Of a DNA stretch of 64,000 bases, positions 10,876 to 22,273 are shown piece by piece (position 1 is the stretch's first letter; every line of letters begins with the position of its first letter). The notes beneath the pieces are model-generated. The model made no database searches. It was not told where the DNA came from and saw only the letters and a program-made list of their open reading frames with translations. The stretch lies in assembly GCA_964249855.1 (NCBI GenBank), contig CAXUDL010000027.1, positions 2,953-66,952 of the forward strand. The letters are read 5' to 3'. The position numbers and the translations under genes were made by a program. Source of the stretch: an uncultured Rhizobacter sp. (GTDB lineage Bacteria > Pseudomonadota > Gammaproteobacteria > Burkholderiales > Burkholderiaceae_C).

Positions 10876-11576
10876 GACTGCAGCGGGCCGCCGGGTTTGT
10901 CGCTGCTCTTGAGCGCGTCGAGCATGCGGCGCGCGGCTTCCTGCTCGGCGACGCGTCGCGACCGGCCCTCGCCCGATTCGACGAGGTGCAACGCGGGCAC
11001 GGCGCACTCGACCTCGAAGGTCTGGGCATGCGCCTGGCCGCGCGTCGCGGCGATGCGGTAGGTCGGCACCGGCAGGCGCCGCGCCTGCAGCCATTCCTGC
11101 AGCTCGGTCTTCGCGTCCTTGGTCCAGCTCGCGACATCGGTCGTCACGATGACTTCGCCGAAGAGGCGCTGGACGACGCCGCGCGCCGCGTCGAAGCCGC
11201 CGTCGACGAATGCAGCGCCGATCAGCGCCTCGAGCGCGTCGGCGAGGATCGATGCCCGCTGAGCGCCGCCGCCACGCGCCTCGCCCTCGCCGAGGCTGAG
11301 CACCTCCGGCAGGCCGAGCTGGACTGCGACGCGGTGGAGGCTGTCCTCGCGCACGAGGTGGGCGCGGACGCGCGTGAGGTCACCTTCGTCGGAGCCGGCG
11401 AAGCGCTCGAAGAGCAGCGCCGAGATCGCGAGGCTCAGGACGGCGTCGCCGAGGAATTCGAGACGCTCGTTGTGATCGGAGCCGAAGCTGCGGTGCGTCA
11501 GCGCACGCCGGATCAACAGGACATCGGCGAAGCGGTGGCCGATGCGTTCCTGCAATGCGTCTCGTCGGTTGTCCAT
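10872..11576 (-). CDS. rnc: ribonuclease III
   Basis: [31 protein letters not shown]...[13 protein letters not shown] signature and a C-terminal dsRBD. Start set to the internal ATG at 11576. Confidence 0.95.
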   Translation of the reverse strand: MDNRRDALQERIGHRFADVLLIRRALTHRSFGSDHNERLEFLGDAVLSLAISALLFERFAGSDEGDLTRVRAHLVREDSLHRVAVQLGLPEVLSLGEGEARGGGAQRASILADALEALIGAAFVDGGFDAARGVVQRLFGEVIVTTDVASWTKDAKTELQEWLQARRLPVPTYRIAATRGQAHAQTFEVECAVPALHLVESGEGRSRRVAEQEAARRMLDALKSSDKPGGPLQS

Positions 11577-11630
11577 GAAGCTCGATCCTGCAAGAGCGGG
11601 GCGCAATGACTCGGAGCCGAAGCGGCGCCT

Positions 11631-12020
11631 TCAGTTCGACCGTCCTTCGTACTTGATGAGCAGGAAGACGGGGCTGACCAGCTCGATCTCCTTGTCGTAG
11701 GCGAAGCTGATCACGACCTTGTCGTTTTCCTTGGTCACCGCGAGATCCTTGCCCTTGATCGACTGGATCGAGTATTCGATCGACGCCGTGCGGTCGAACG
11801 CGGCGCGGATCTCGGGAACGGTCGTCGCGTTCTCGTTGGCGATCTTGGTGACCGCCTTCTTGATGGTGAAGTATTCGTTCAGTGTCGGCAAGACCTTCAT
11901 GCCGATCAGCGCCGCGAAGCCGACGACGACGGCCCAGAACAACAGGCCGAAGAGCGTCACGCCGCGCTGGCGTCCTGCGGGCACGGGCCGCACGCGGCGC
12001 CCGTCGATCGCAACTGTCAT
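11631..12020 (-). CDS. DUF4845-type small membrane-anchored protein
   Basis: 129 aa with one N-terminal TM helix, then LPTLNEYFTIKKAV... This is the family commonly found between lepB and rnc in beta/gammaproteobacteria (recalled, not searched). Confidence 0.7.
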   Translation of the reverse strand: MTVAIDGRRVRPVPAGRQRGVTLFGLLFWAVVVGFAALIGMKVLPTLNEYFTIKKAVTKIANENATTVPEIRAAFDRTASIEYSIQSIKGKDLAVTKENDKVVISFAYDKEIELVSPVFLLIKYEGRSN

Positions 12021-12081
12021 GGTCGGCCGGGCCTTTCGGGTCAGCAGCGGGCGCCTCGGCGACGTCGTCCGAACCGGGACG

Positions 12082-13059
12082 TCAGTGGAAGGAGCCGATC
12101 CGCTTCAGGTTGCTGAAATTCATCCACACCAGGAAGGCCTTGCCGACGATGTTCTCGTCGGGCACGAAGCCCCAATAGCGCGAGTCCTGGGAATTGTCGC
12201 GGTTGTCGCCCATCATGAAGTACTGGCCGGGAGGTACCTTGCACGTGACGCCCTCGGCACTGTAGCGGCAGTTCTCCTTGAGCGGGAAGCCGTCGAACGG
12301 GACGACGCCCGGCGGCCGCGCGTTGTCGTTCAGCACCTTGTGCGTCGCGCCGCCGAGTTCTTCGGTGAACTGCTGCAGATAGCGCAGGCTCTCGTCGTCG
12401 TAGAAGTCGCGCAGCGGCTGCGTCGCGACGGGCTGGCCGTTGATCGTGAGCCGCTTGTTGAGGTAGGCCACCTCGTCGCCCGGCACGCCGACGACGCGCT
12501 TGATGTAGTCGACGCTCGGATCGACCGGGTAGCGAAACACCATGACGTCGCCGCGCTTCGGGTCGCCGATCGGCACGATCTTCTTGTTGATCACGGGCAG
12601 CCGGATGCCGTAGTCGAACTTGTTGACGAGAATGAGATCGCCGACGAGCAGCGTCGGGATCATCGAGCCGCTCGGGATCTTGAACGGCTCGAACAGGAAC
12701 GAGCGAAGCAGGAAGACGACGACGATGACCGGGAAGAGGCCGGCCGTCCAGTCGAGCCACCAGGGCTGCGCGAGCACCGTGCCGCGGGCCTCGGCCAGGG
12801 TGTCGTCGACCTTGGCGATGCCCTGGTTCGCGAGCCGCGTGCGTCGCGCTGCGTCTTCGCGCTCGAGCGTGCTGGCCGCCGCGGCACGACGCGGTGCGAA
12901 GTAGAGGCGTTCCGCGAGCCAGTAGACGAAGGTCGCGACGGTGAGGACGAAGAGCAGCAGCGAGAAGTTGCCCGACCACTTGCCGAGATACCAGCCGCCG
13001 AGGTAGGCCGCGAGCACCGCGTACAGCGCGCCGGTCAGCGGCCCCATGAGCGCAGCCAT
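12082..13059 (-). CDS. lepB: signal peptidase I
   Basis: IPSGSMIPTLLVGDLILVNKF (catalytic Ser box), GDNRDNSQDSRYWGFVP. ATG 13059 overlaps the lepA stop (ATGA). Confidence 0.9.
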   Translation of the reverse strand: MAALMGPLTGALYAVLAAYLGGWYLGKWSGNFSLLLFVLTVATFVYWLAERLYFAPRRAAAASTLEREDAARRTRLANQGIAKVDDTLAEARGTVLAQPWWLDWTAGLFPVIVVVFLLRSFLFEPFKIPSGSMIPTLLVGDLILVNKFDYGIRLPVINKKIVPIGDPKRGDVMVFRYPVDPSVDYIKRVVGVPGDEVAYLNKRLTINGQPVATQPLRDFYDDESLRYLQQFTEELGGATHKVLNDNARPPGVVPFDGFPLKENCRYSAEGVTCKVPPGQYFMMGDNRDNSQDSRYWGFVPDENIVGKAFLVWMNFSNLKRIGSFH

Positions 13060-14867
13060 CAATCGTCCACCTGCAGAATCGCCAGGAACGCTTCCTGGGG
13101 CACCTCGACCGAACCGATCTGCTTCATCCGCTTCTTGCCGGCCTTCTGCTTTTCCAGGAGCTTCTTCTTTCGCGTGATGTCGCCGCCGTAGCACTTGGCG
13201 ATGACGTTCTTGCGGAGGGCCTTGATTGTCTCACGCGCGATGATGTTGGCGCCGATGGCGGCCTGCACCGCGACGTCGTACTGCTGCCGAGAGATCAGTT
13301 CGCGCATTTTCGCGACGACCGCGCGGCTCCTGAATTGGCTGTTGAGCCGGTGGACGATGATCGACAGCGCGTCGACCTTGTCGCCGTTCAGGAGGATGTC
13401 GACCTTGACGACGTCGGCGGCGCGGTATTCGTTGAACTCGTAGTCCATCGACGCATAGCCGCGCGAGACGCTTTTCAACTTGTCGAAGAAGTCGAGCACG
13501 ATCTCGGCGAGCGGCATCTCGTAGGTCAGCATGACCTGGCGGCCGTGGTAGGCCATGTTCTTCTGTTCGCCGCGCTTGACGTTCGCGAGCGTCATCACCG
13601 GGCCGACGTAGTCCTGCGGCATGTAGAGGTGGACCGTCACGATCGGCTCGCGGATCTCGGCGATGCGGCCGAGGTCGGGCATCTTCGACGGGTTGTCGAC
13701 CTCGACCACCGTGCCGTCGTTCAACTCGACCTGGTAGACGACCGAGGGCGCGGTCGTGATCAGGTCCTGGTCGAACTCGCGCTCGAGCCGCTCCTGCACG
13801 ATCTCCATGTGCAGGAGGCCGAGGAAGCCGCAGCGGAAGCCGAAGCCGAGCGCCTGGCTGACCTCGGGCTCGTAGCGCAGCGAGGAATCGTTGAGCTTGA
13901 GCTTCTCGAGCGCGTCGCGCAGTTGCTCGTATTCGCTCGCCTCGGTCGGGAAGAGGCCGGCGAAGACCTGCGGCTGGATCTCCTTGAAACCGGGCAGCGC
14001 CTCGGTCGCGGTGCCGAGGTTGTTCGGCAGCTTCTTCTCGAGCGTGATCGTGTCGCCGACCTTCGCGGCCTGCAGCTCCTTGATGCCGGCGATGACGAAG
14101 CCGACCTCGCCGGCGGAGAGCCGATCGCGCGAAACCGACTTCGGCGTGAAGACGCCCAGGTGCTCGGCGCCGTAGACCGAGCCGCTCGCCATCAGGCGGA
14201 TGCGCTCGCCGCGCGACAGCGTGCCGTCGACGACGCGCACCAGCATCACGACGCCGACGTAATTGTCGAACCACGAATCGATGATCATCGCGCGCAGCGG
14301 CGCGTCGCGCGTGCCCCGCGGCGCCGGCATGCGGTGGATCACCGCCTCGAGGATGTCGTCGATGCCCATCCCGGTCTTGGCGCTGCACGGGATCGCGTCG
14401 TCCGCGTCGATGCCGATCACGTCCTCGATCTCGGACTTGGCGTTGTCCGGGTCGGCGTTCGGCAGGTCCATCTTGTTGAGGACCGGCACCACCTCCACGC
14501 CGAGGTCGAGCGCGGTGTAGCAGTTCGCGACCGTCTGTGCCTCGACGCCCTGGCTCGCGTCGACGACGAGCAGAGCGCCTTCGCAGGCCGACAGCGACCG
14601 GCTGACCTCGTACGAGAAGTCGACATGGCCCGGCGTGTCGATCAGGTTGAGCTGGTAGGTGCGGCCGTCGCGGGCGCGGTACTCGAGCGCCGCGGTCTGC
14701 GCCTTGATGGTGATGCCGCGTTCGCGCTCGATGTCCATCGAGTCGAGCACCTGGGCTTCCATTTCGCGGTCCGAGAGGCCGCCGCAACGCTGGATGAGTC
14801 GATCGGCGAGCGTGCTCTTGCCGTGGTCGATGTGGGCAATGATCGAGAAGTTGCGGATGTGGTCCAT
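13059..14867 (-). CDS. lepA: translation elongation factor 4 (LepA)
   Basis: [26 protein letters not shown]..., [13 protein letters not shown] and the LepA C-terminal domain. Full length, 602 aa. Confidence 0.97.
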   Translation of the reverse strand: MDHIRNFSIIAHIDHGKSTLADRLIQRCGGLSDREMEAQVLDSMDIERERGITIKAQTAALEYRARDGRTYQLNLIDTPGHVDFSYEVSRSLSACEGALLVVDASQGVEAQTVANCYTALDLGVEVVPVLNKMDLPNADPDNAKSEIEDVIGIDADDAIPCSAKTGMGIDDILEAVIHRMPAPRGTRDAPLRAMIIDSWFDNYVGVVMLVRVVDGTLSRGERIRLMASGSVYGAEHLGVFTPKSVSRDRLSAGEVGFVIAGIKELQAAKVGDTITLEKKLPNNLGTATEALPGFKEIQPQVFAGLFPTEASEYEQLRDALEKLKLNDSSLRYEPEVSQALGFGFRCGFLGLLHMEIVQERLEREFDQDLITTAPSVVYQVELNDGTVVEVDNPSKMPDLGRIAEIREPIVTVHLYMPQDYVGPVMTLANVKRGEQKNMAYHGRQVMLTYEMPLAEIVLDFFDKLKSVSRGYASMDYEFNEYRAADVVKVDILLNGDKVDALSIIVHRLNSQFRSRAVVAKMRELISRQQYDVAVQAAIGANIIARETIKALRKNVIAKCYGGDITRKKKLLEKQKAGKKRMKQIGSVEVPQEAFLAILQVDD

Positions 14868-14958
14868 GGGGGACGCCGGGCGTACAGAGGAGGTGGTGCG
14901 GACGCTGCCACCGGCCCGGGATCACCGCCGCAGCACGCGTCGCGGCCCGGCAGAGGCT

Positions 14959-14991
14959 AAAAAAAAGGCACGTCGAACGAGTTGACGCGCC
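14959..14991 (-). terminator. hairpin + U8 terminator-like element in the lepA upstream region
   Basis: Minus strand reads GGCGCGTC-AACTCGTTC-GACGTGCC-TTTTTTTT (8-bp stem with one G.U). It lies 92 nt upstream of the lepA ATG. Confidence 0.55.
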
Positions 14992-15029
14992 TTCCAACAA
15001 AACGTATGGCAACTGCTTGTTGGGACTTC

Positions 15030-15058
15030 ATTGTAGTCAAAACCGACCCCGGGTCCAA
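15030..15058 (-). promoter_or_regulatory. candidate sigma70-type promoter (TTGGAC-N17-TACAAT)
   Basis: Minus strand TTGGAC (15058..15053), 17-nt spacer, TACAAT (15035..15030). It sits in the only strongly AT-rich patch of this region. Sequence match only. Confidence 0.3.
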
Positions 15059-15077
15059 CGCCCGCGGATCGGTTTTT
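15039..15077 (-). terminator. bidirectional hairpin terminator after mucD
   Basis: AAAACCGA...TCGGTTTT perfect 8-bp outer stem plus a GC-rich inner part, with T-runs on both strands. It lies 65 nt after the mucD stop. Confidence 0.6.
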
Positions 15078-15141
15078 ATGGAACGCCGGGCTTCGTCATG
15101 CTCTCTTGTCCACAACTTATCAACAGAAGTTGCGCATCGAC

Positions 15142-16653
15142 TCAGCGTGGCGCCGGCTTGAGGATGACGAAATTGACCGCGTCGCCGCGCCGGACGAGCA
15201 CGGTCAACGGCTTCGCCTTGTCGGCCTTGGCGACTGCGGCTTCGAACTGCTTCGAGCTGCCGATCTCGGTGTTGCCGACGGCGAGCAGCACGTCGCCCTC
15301 GCGGATGCCGGCCCGGGCGGCGATGCCCTCCACCGCCTCGACGCGCACGCCGCCGGTGATCTTCAGCTCGCGCCGCTGCGCATCCGTCAAATCGGCGACG
15401 CTCAGGCCGATGCTCGACACCGGCGTCGGCGCCTTCGGCTCGGCGCCCTTCTCGGTCGCGCGCGACACCTTTTCGGGCGCCTCGAACTCGACGACCGTCA
15501 CGCTCACGTCCTTGTAGGCACCGCGCCGGTAGACCTGGATGGTCGTCTTGGAGCCCGGCTTCACCGCGCCGACCATGCGCGGCAATTCGGCGGCCTTCTC
15601 GACCGGCTTGCCGTCGACCTTGGTGATGATGTCGCCCGCCTCGATGCCGGCCTTCTCGGCAGGTCCGCCCGTCTCGACGCTGCGCACGAGCGCGCCGACC
15701 GGCTTGCCGAGGCCGATCGACTCGGCCACGTCCTTCGTGACCTCGCCGATCGCCACACCGATGCGGCCGCGGCTCACCCGCCCGGTCGTTCGGAGCTGAT
15801 CGACGACGCGCGTCGCCTCGTCGATCGGGATCGCGAACGAGATGCCCATGTAGCCGCCCGAGCGGCTGTAGATCTGCGAGTTGATGCCGACGACCTCGCC
15901 GCGCATGTTGATCAGCGGGCCGCCGGAGTTGCCGGGGTTGATCGCGACGTCGGTCTGGATCAGCGGCACGAGCTCGCCGGTGTCGCGCGCCTTGGCGCTG
16001 ACAATGCCGGCGGTCACGGTGTTGTCCAGACCGAAGGGCGCGCCGATCGCGATCACCCATTCGCCCGCCTTCAGCCGGCCGACGTCGCCGATCTTCACGA
16101 ACGGCAGGCCGGTCGCGTCGATCTTGACGAGCGCGACATCGGAGCGCTTGTCGGCGCCGATGGTCTTGGCCTTGAACTCGCGCTTGTCGGGCAGCGTGAC
16201 GATGACCTCGTCGGCACCCTCGACGACGTGCGCGTTGGTCATGACGTAGCCGTCGGCGCTCAGAATGAAGCCCGAGCCGACGCCGCGCTGCTGCGGCTCG
16301 GCGTCGGGCTCCGGCGCCTGCGGTCCGCCCCTCGGATTCGGCCGGTTCGGGATCGGCACGCCGAAGCGGCGGAAGAACTCGAGCATGTCCTCGTCCATCT
16401 CCGGCGTGCCGCCGCTGCGCGCCGCGGCGCGGGCGCGCTCGGTGGTTCGCACGAAGACGACCGCCGGGCCGACCTGCTCGACGAGGCCGGTGAAGTCGGG
16501 CAGGCCCTGCGCGCGTGCAGGGGCGGCCTGCAGCGCGCTGCCGAGGCCGAGGCCGAACGCGAGCAGCAGCACCACGCCGCGCCGCCGCAGCGGCTGCAGA
16601 ACGCTCGCGGGCGGCGTCGACGCGCGGTCGACGGACAACATCAATGACGGCAT
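15142..16653 (-). CDS. mucD: periplasmic Do/DegP-family serine endoprotease (MucD-like), two PDZ domains
   Basis: GSGFILSADGYVMTNAHVV (His), DVALVKI (Asp), NPGNSGGPL (Ser). Signal peptide from ATG 16653. Position downstream of rpoE-rseA-rseB matches the algU-mucABD layout. Confidence 0.9.
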   Translation of the reverse strand: MPSLMLSVDRASTPPASVLQPLRRRGVVLLLAFGLGLGSALQAAPARAQGLPDFTGLVEQVGPAVVFVRTTERARAAARSGGTPEMDEDMLEFFRRFGVPIPNRPNPRGGPQAPEPDAEPQQRGVGSGFILSADGYVMTNAHVVEGADEVIVTLPDKREFKAKTIGADKRSDVALVKIDATGLPFVKIGDVGRLKAGEWVIAIGAPFGLDNTVTAGIVSAKARDTGELVPLIQTDVAINPGNSGGPLINMRGEVVGINSQIYSRSGGYMGISFAIPIDEATRVVDQLRTTGRVSRGRIGVAIGEVTKDVAESIGLGKPVGALVRSVETGGPAEKAGIEAGDIITKVDGKPVEKAAELPRMVGAVKPGSKTTIQVYRRGAYKDVSVTVVEFEAPEKVSRATEKGAEPKAPTPVSSIGLSVADLTDAQRRELKITGGVRVEAVEGIAARAGIREGDVLLAVGNTEIGSSKQFEAAVAKADKAKPLTVLVRRGDAVNFVILKPAPR

Positions 16654-16765
16654 GAACAGGTCTCCCCAGGCACGATCGAACGATGAGCGGCGACGGACGC
16701 CGAACGGTTTGTCAAAGGCGACGGCGACGGCGACGACCGGGAGCGGCAGGCGCCGTACCCGCACC

Positions 16766-17839
16766 TCACGGCCGCCGCTCCAGTCCCTTGGCGAACTGGC
16801 GAAGCGTCTCGGCCGGCACGTCGCCGACGACGGTGATCCACCAGTCGCCCTGCTGGCGCATCAGCGTCTGCGTCGCGCCGACCGACGCGAGCACCTGCTG
16901 CCGGTGTCGCGAAGGGTCGAACGGCTCGATGAAGACCGACACGTAGGTCAGGCCGTCGGAGTAGATGGTCTGGATCACCGGTCGCTCGGGCGGCGCCGCG
17001 TCCGGATCGCCGATGCCGTGCATCGGCCGCTTGACGCAGCTCACCTCGCGGAAACCGGGCACCGTGCGCACCATGTCCCAGCCTTCGGCGGCCAGGCGCG
17101 TCGGCGTCATCGCCGGCTTGACGAGGCGATAGCCGGCCAGCCGCTTCATCGGCAGCAGCACGCTCTCCGGCTGCGGGCGGACGTCGATCGACACCTCCGA
17201 GAACGCCGAACTCTCGACCGTCTCGCCCTGGCCGCCGAGCACGTCGGCGCGCAGCAGCAGGCCCGACGTCTGGTCGGACCAGAGCCGGTAGCCGTACCGC
17301 AGCGCGTCGCGCGGAGTGACGAGCAGCACGCTCGTCTCGCGCCCGGCGACGCGGCCGGTGCCCTGGCGGTGGACGTCGTAGAGCTCGGCGATGCGGTCGT
17401 CGCCCGCCTGCAGCAGGCCGGGAAACGACGCGAGCTGGCCGCGCTGCTCGACGAGGACGACGTGGGCCGCCGGCCACACCGTGTGCACCAGATCGTTGTG
17501 GCGGTAGATGTGGCGCGGCGGGCCGTCGAGCGACTCGCTGCGCTCCCACTGGTCGTCGCCGCTGCAGAAATGCGCGATGCGCGCGCTCGACACGGCTCCG
17601 CCGCCGCTGACGACGAAGGTGCCCTGGAAATTGCGCCGACTCGCGGCGTCGTGGATCTTCATCAGCCAGGCGCGCACTTCCTTCGGCGGCACGGCGGCCG
17701 CCTGCGCGACGCTGGCCGGCTCGGCCGCCACGGCGTTCAGGCCGGTGCAGCCGAGGCCCACCGCCACGAGGGCGAGACGACGCGACAGCAGCCACGCGCG
17801 CCGTGTCGACGGGCGCGGAATCGGACGGGACGACGGCAT
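16766..17839 (-). CDS. rseB: sigma-E regulatory protein RseB/MucB
   Basis: Signal peptide, then WLMKIHDAASRRNFQGTFVV...RIAHF..., typical of the RseB N-domain. Operon position supports the call. Confidence 0.85.
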   Translation of the reverse strand: MPSSRPIPRPSTRRAWLLSRRLALVAVGLGCTGLNAVAAEPASVAQAAAVPPKEVRAWLMKIHDAASRRNFQGTFVVSGGGAVSSARIAHFCSGDDQWERSESLDGPPRHIYRHNDLVHTVWPAAHVVLVEQRGQLASFPGLLQAGDDRIAELYDVHRQGTGRVAGRETSVLLVTPRDALRYGYRLWSDQTSGLLLRADVLGGQGETVESSAFSEVSIDVRPQPESVLLPMKRLAGYRLVKPAMTPTRLAAEGWDMVRTVPGFREVSCVKRPMHGIGDPDAAPPERPVIQTIYSDGLTYVSVFIEPFDPSRHRQQVLASVGATQTLMRQQGDWWITVVGDVPAETLRQFAKGLERRP

Positions 17840-17872
17840 CGGGGAGGAGGGTGGCGACGAGACGCTGCGGCT

Positions 17873-18619
17873 TCAGCGGTCGGCCGCGTCGGCGGTGGCG
17901 TTGCGCAGGAAGCCCGACGGCACGCCGAGCGCGGAACTGCCCGCGAACTGCTTGTGCGCGGAGAGGTAGCGGTCGAGCCGCACGTCGCGGATCAACTGAC
18001 CGCTCGCGACGCTCGGCCGGGCATCGGCGACGGCAGCCGGCGTCGCCGCCACCGTCGGAACCGGCACGGTGTCGGCGCGAGCGGTCGCGACCTGCGCCGG
18101 GATACCGGTCGATCGGGCGACGGACGGCCCGTCGGAGCCGGTCGTCGGCAGCCGTGTCGCGACGACGACGCCGATCACCGCGACGAAGCCCGCAGCGACC
18201 GCGACAGGCGTCCGCCACGCGCGGCGGCGCGACGTGGCCGCGAGCGGCAACGGTGCAATGTCGCGGTCGCGGTTGCCGGCAAGCGGATGACGCGCGAGCA
18301 CGACCGGTTCATCGGCGAGCCGCGCCCGCAGCGCGACGACGAAGTCGAGGTCGCGGCTCGGCTCGGCGCACAGGTCCTCGGAGCGCAACGCGTCGCCGAT
18401 GAGCTGATAGGCGTGCCAGGTCGCGCGCAGCTCCGGATCGCTGCGCCAGTGCTGGCACGACTCTGCCGCCTGCGCATCGCCGACTTCGCCGTCGGCGAGC
18501 GCCGACAGTTGTTCTCGCGCGGCATCGCGCTCGGGTTGTCGCGCAGCGTCGCGCTCCGATGCTCGCGCGGCTTCGCGCTCGGGCTCGTGCGCAGCATCGC
18601 GTTCGGTCGATTCGGTCAT
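17873..18619 (-). CDS. rseA: anti-sigma-E factor RseA/MucA-like with a repeat-containing N-terminal extension
   Basis: REQLSALADGEVGD...DPELRATWHAYQLIGDALRSED matches the RseA N-domain (E. coli MQKEQLSALMDGE...). One TM helix (WRTPVAVAAGFVAVIGVVVA). Start set at ATG 18619. Confidence 0.7.
   Translation of the reverse strand: MTESTERDAAHEPEREAARASERDAARQPERDAAREQLSALADGEVGDAQAAESCQHWRSDPELRATWHAYQLIGDALRSEDLCAEPSRDLDFVVALRARLADEPVVLARHPLAGNRDRDIAPLPLAATSRRRAWRTPVAVAAGFVAVIGVVVATRLPTTGSDGPSVARSTGIPAQVATARADTVPVPTVAATPAAVADARPSVASGQLIRDVRLDRYLSAHKQFAGSSALGVPSGFLRNATADAADR
18509..18604 (-). repeat. 4 x 24-nt in-frame tandem repeat (ERDAAxxP octapeptides) at the rseA 5' end
   Basis: Plus-strand units ttgttctcgcgcggcatcgcgctc / gggttgtcgcgcagcgtcgcgctc / cgatgctcgcgcggcttcgcgctc / gggctcgtgcgcagcatcgcgttc. 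They encode ERDAAHEP EREAARAS ERDAARQP ERDAAREQ. Confidence 0.7.
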
Positions 18620-18705
18620 CCTGCCACCCTCCTGTCTCTCAACCCATCGCGCCGAACCGGCCGCGTCACCTTCGGTTCCATCCTCGCACTGCCGTCGGGC
18701 GCGCC

Positions 18706-19314
18706 TCACCAGCGCGTCCCGTCGCGCGTGTCGAGCAAGGGCTTCAACCGCGCCGCAATGGCTTCGCGGGCGCGAAAGATGCGCGACCGCACCGTGCCGA
18801 TCGGGCAGCTCATCAGCTCCGCGATCTCCTCGTAGCTCAGCCCCTCGATCTCTCGCAGCGTGATCGCCTGACGCAGATCGTCGGACAGCGAATCGATCGC
18901 CGAGTTCACCGCGGCGGCGATCTGCTTGCTCGCGAGCACGGCGTCCGGCGTCTCGCCGTCGGTTAGTTCGTTTTCGACGCGCGAAGTTTCATCGTCGTCC
19001 TCCCGCGAGGCGCGCGCCGATTCGGAAACCAGCGGATCGCGCTTCAACTCCATCAGCGCCTTCTTCGCGGTGTTGACGGCGATGCGGTAGAGCCAGGTGT
19101 AGAACGCGCTCTCGCCGCGGAAGTTGGGGATCGCGCGATAGGCGCGGATGAACGTTTCCTGGGCGATGTCCGGCACGAGGTCGACGTCGCGGACCATCCG
19201 ACCGATCAGCCGTTCGATCCGGCGCTGGTACTTGATGACCAGCATCTCGAAGGCCTTGGTGTCGCCCAGCCGCACGCGCGCGAGCAGCGCGGCGTCGGCA
19301 TCGGGGGACGTCAT
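18706..19314 (-). CDS. rpoE: ECF RNA polymerase sigma factor RpoE (sigma-24)
   Basis: LLARVRLGDTKAFEMLVIKYQRRIERLI...DIAQETFIRAYRAI...FYTWLYRIAVN and a region 4 HTH (LSYEEIAELMSCPIGTVRSRIFRAREA). Start at ATG 19314. Confidence 0.92.
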   Translation of the reverse strand: MTSPDADAALLARVRLGDTKAFEMLVIKYQRRIERLIGRMVRDVDLVPDIAQETFIRAYRAIPNFRGESAFYTWLYRIAVNTAKKALMELKRDPLVSESARASREDDDETSRVENELTDGETPDAVLASKQIAAAVNSAIDSLSDDLRQAITLREIEGLSYEEIAELMSCPIGTVRSRIFRAREAIAARLKPLLDTRDGTRW

Positions 19315-19336
19315 GCCGGTCACGGTCAGCCGTCCG

Positions 19337-19878
19337 TCACTCGACGGCCGCATCCGCGGCGGCGGGGGCCTGCGGCGGCGCATGCACGGCGCAACGGACC
19401 GCATGCCACGACCGCTCGAGGCCGCGGCGCTGCAAGGGCAGCCAGGTCGGCGCGACCGTGCCGACCCGGCGCTCGGCGACGAAGCGCAGCAGCAGCCAGC
19501 TGCCGAGGTCGATCATCACGACCACGTCGCCGGCGACCGGGTCGACGGCAGCGAAGGGCGCCGTCGACGGCGAGAGGAACCAGCACCGACCGTCCCAGTG
19601 CAGCGCGAACGGCCGGACCTCGGCGAGGCGCCAGGCGAACCACGACACCACGAGCAGCGCAGCCACGGCGACGGCAACGACCGCCACCGGCGGTGGGCCG
19701 CCGCGGGCGAGCGCATGAGAGACCACCCACGCGACGACGACCGCCCAGACCAGCGCGAGCAGGGCAGCCACCGCCGCCCGCCAGACACGGAAGCGCGTGA
19801 CCGTCACATGGACCGACGCAGTGGCTCGCATGGAGTTGCGCCGGACGACGTCGTGCAGCCGCGCCGCGACGCCCGACA

Positions 19879-19879
<1 letters not shown>
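19337..19879 (-). CDS. hypothetical two-TM membrane protein coupled to fabF
   Basis: 180 aa (MSGVAARLHDVV...), with two hydrophobic helices followed by HWDGRCWFLSP...VVMIDLGSWLLLRF. ATG 19879 overlaps the fabF stop (ATGA). Weak by-eye resemblance to YgfX/CptA-type proteins, not verifiable here. Confidence 0.55.
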
Positions 19880-21126
<1,247 letters not shown>

Positions 21127-21166
21127 GAATCGTCCTGTGGGAAGAGGCAGGGAGACCGAAGCGGCC

Positions 21167-21523
<357 letters not shown>

Positions 21524-22273
21524 TCAGGTCATGAACATGCCGCCGTTGACGTGCAGCTCGCTGCCCGTGATGTAGCCGGCTTCGGGCGATGCGAGAAAGG
21601 CGACCGCATGCGCCACGTCGCTCGCCGCGCCGAGCCGTCCGAGCGGGATCTGCGCCATCAGCGCGCTGGTCTGCGCCTCGCTCAGCGACTTCGTCATGTC
21701 GGTCGCGATGAAGCCCGGCGCGACGCAGTTGACGGTGACGTTGCGGCTTCCGAGCTCGCGCGCGAGCGAGCGCGTGAGGCCGGCGACGCCCGCCTTGGCC
21801 GCCGCGTAGTTCGCCTGGCCGGCGTTGCCGCTCGCACCGACGACCGACGTGATGTTGACGATGCGGCCGTAGCGCTGCTTCATCATCGGCCGCATCACCG
21901 CGCGGCTCGTGCGGAACACCGCCTTCAGGTTGGTGTCGACGACCGCGTCCCAATCGGCGTCGCGCATCCGCATCGAGAGGCCGTCCCGCGTGATGCCGGC
22001 GTTGTTGACGAGCACGTGGAGCGCGTCGTGCTCGGCGACGATCGCGGCGACGGCGGCGTCGACGCCCGGCGCGTCGTTGACGTCGAGCCGGATGCCGCGG
22101 CAGCCGGCGAAGGCGGCGAGCGCCTCGCCGATCGCGGCCGCACCGGCGTCGGACGTGGCCGTGCCGACGACCTTGACGCCCCGGCCGGCCAGCACGAGCG
22201 CGATGGCCTTGCCGATGCCGCGCGACGCGCCGGTCACGAGCGCGACCTGGCCTTCCAGGCGGGGGAAATTCAT
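21524..22273 (-). CDS. fabG: 3-oxoacyl-ACP reductase
   Basis: ALVTGASRGIGKAIA, NNAGI, YAAAKAG (YxxxK). 249 aa from ATG 22273, overlapping the fabD stop. Confidence 0.95.
   Translation of the reverse strand: MNFPRLEGQVALVTGASRGIGKAIALVLAGRGVKVVGTATSDAGAAAIGEALAAFAGCRGIRLDVNDAPGVDAAVAAIVAEHDALHVLVNNAGITRDGLSMRMRDADWDAVVDTNLKAVFRTSRAVMRPMMKQRYGRIVNITSVVGASGNAGQANYAAAKAGVAGLTRSLARELGSRNVTVNCVAPGFIATDMTKSLSEAQTSALMAQIPLGRLGAASDVAHAVAFLASPEAGYITGSELHVNGGMFMT

Noticed and set aside
14886-14899. Strong Shine-Dalgarno-like GAGGAGGTGGTG on the plus strand
   Set aside because: The only ORF behind it (14659..14985) is antisense to the lepA 5' region and has junk composition. The spacing to the GTG is also too short.
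15100-15141. Sigma-E-type promoter (GCAACTT-N16-GACAAG) right after the mucD stop
   Set aside because: It matches GGAACTT / TCAAA only partially. Without a scoring matrix or TSS data this cannot be told apart from chance.
16265-18835. 856-aa plus-strand ORF, and similar long ORFs (752..1879, 1060..2163, 1722..3380, 13231..15012, 45596..47452, 54143..56344)
   Set aside because: All are antisense or out of frame relative to genes with strong family signatures (rseB/rseA, HAD, rluC, lepA, wbpM-like, wzx/TylF). Their composition is dominated by Arg, Ala, Pro and Gly, and none has a recognisable domain.
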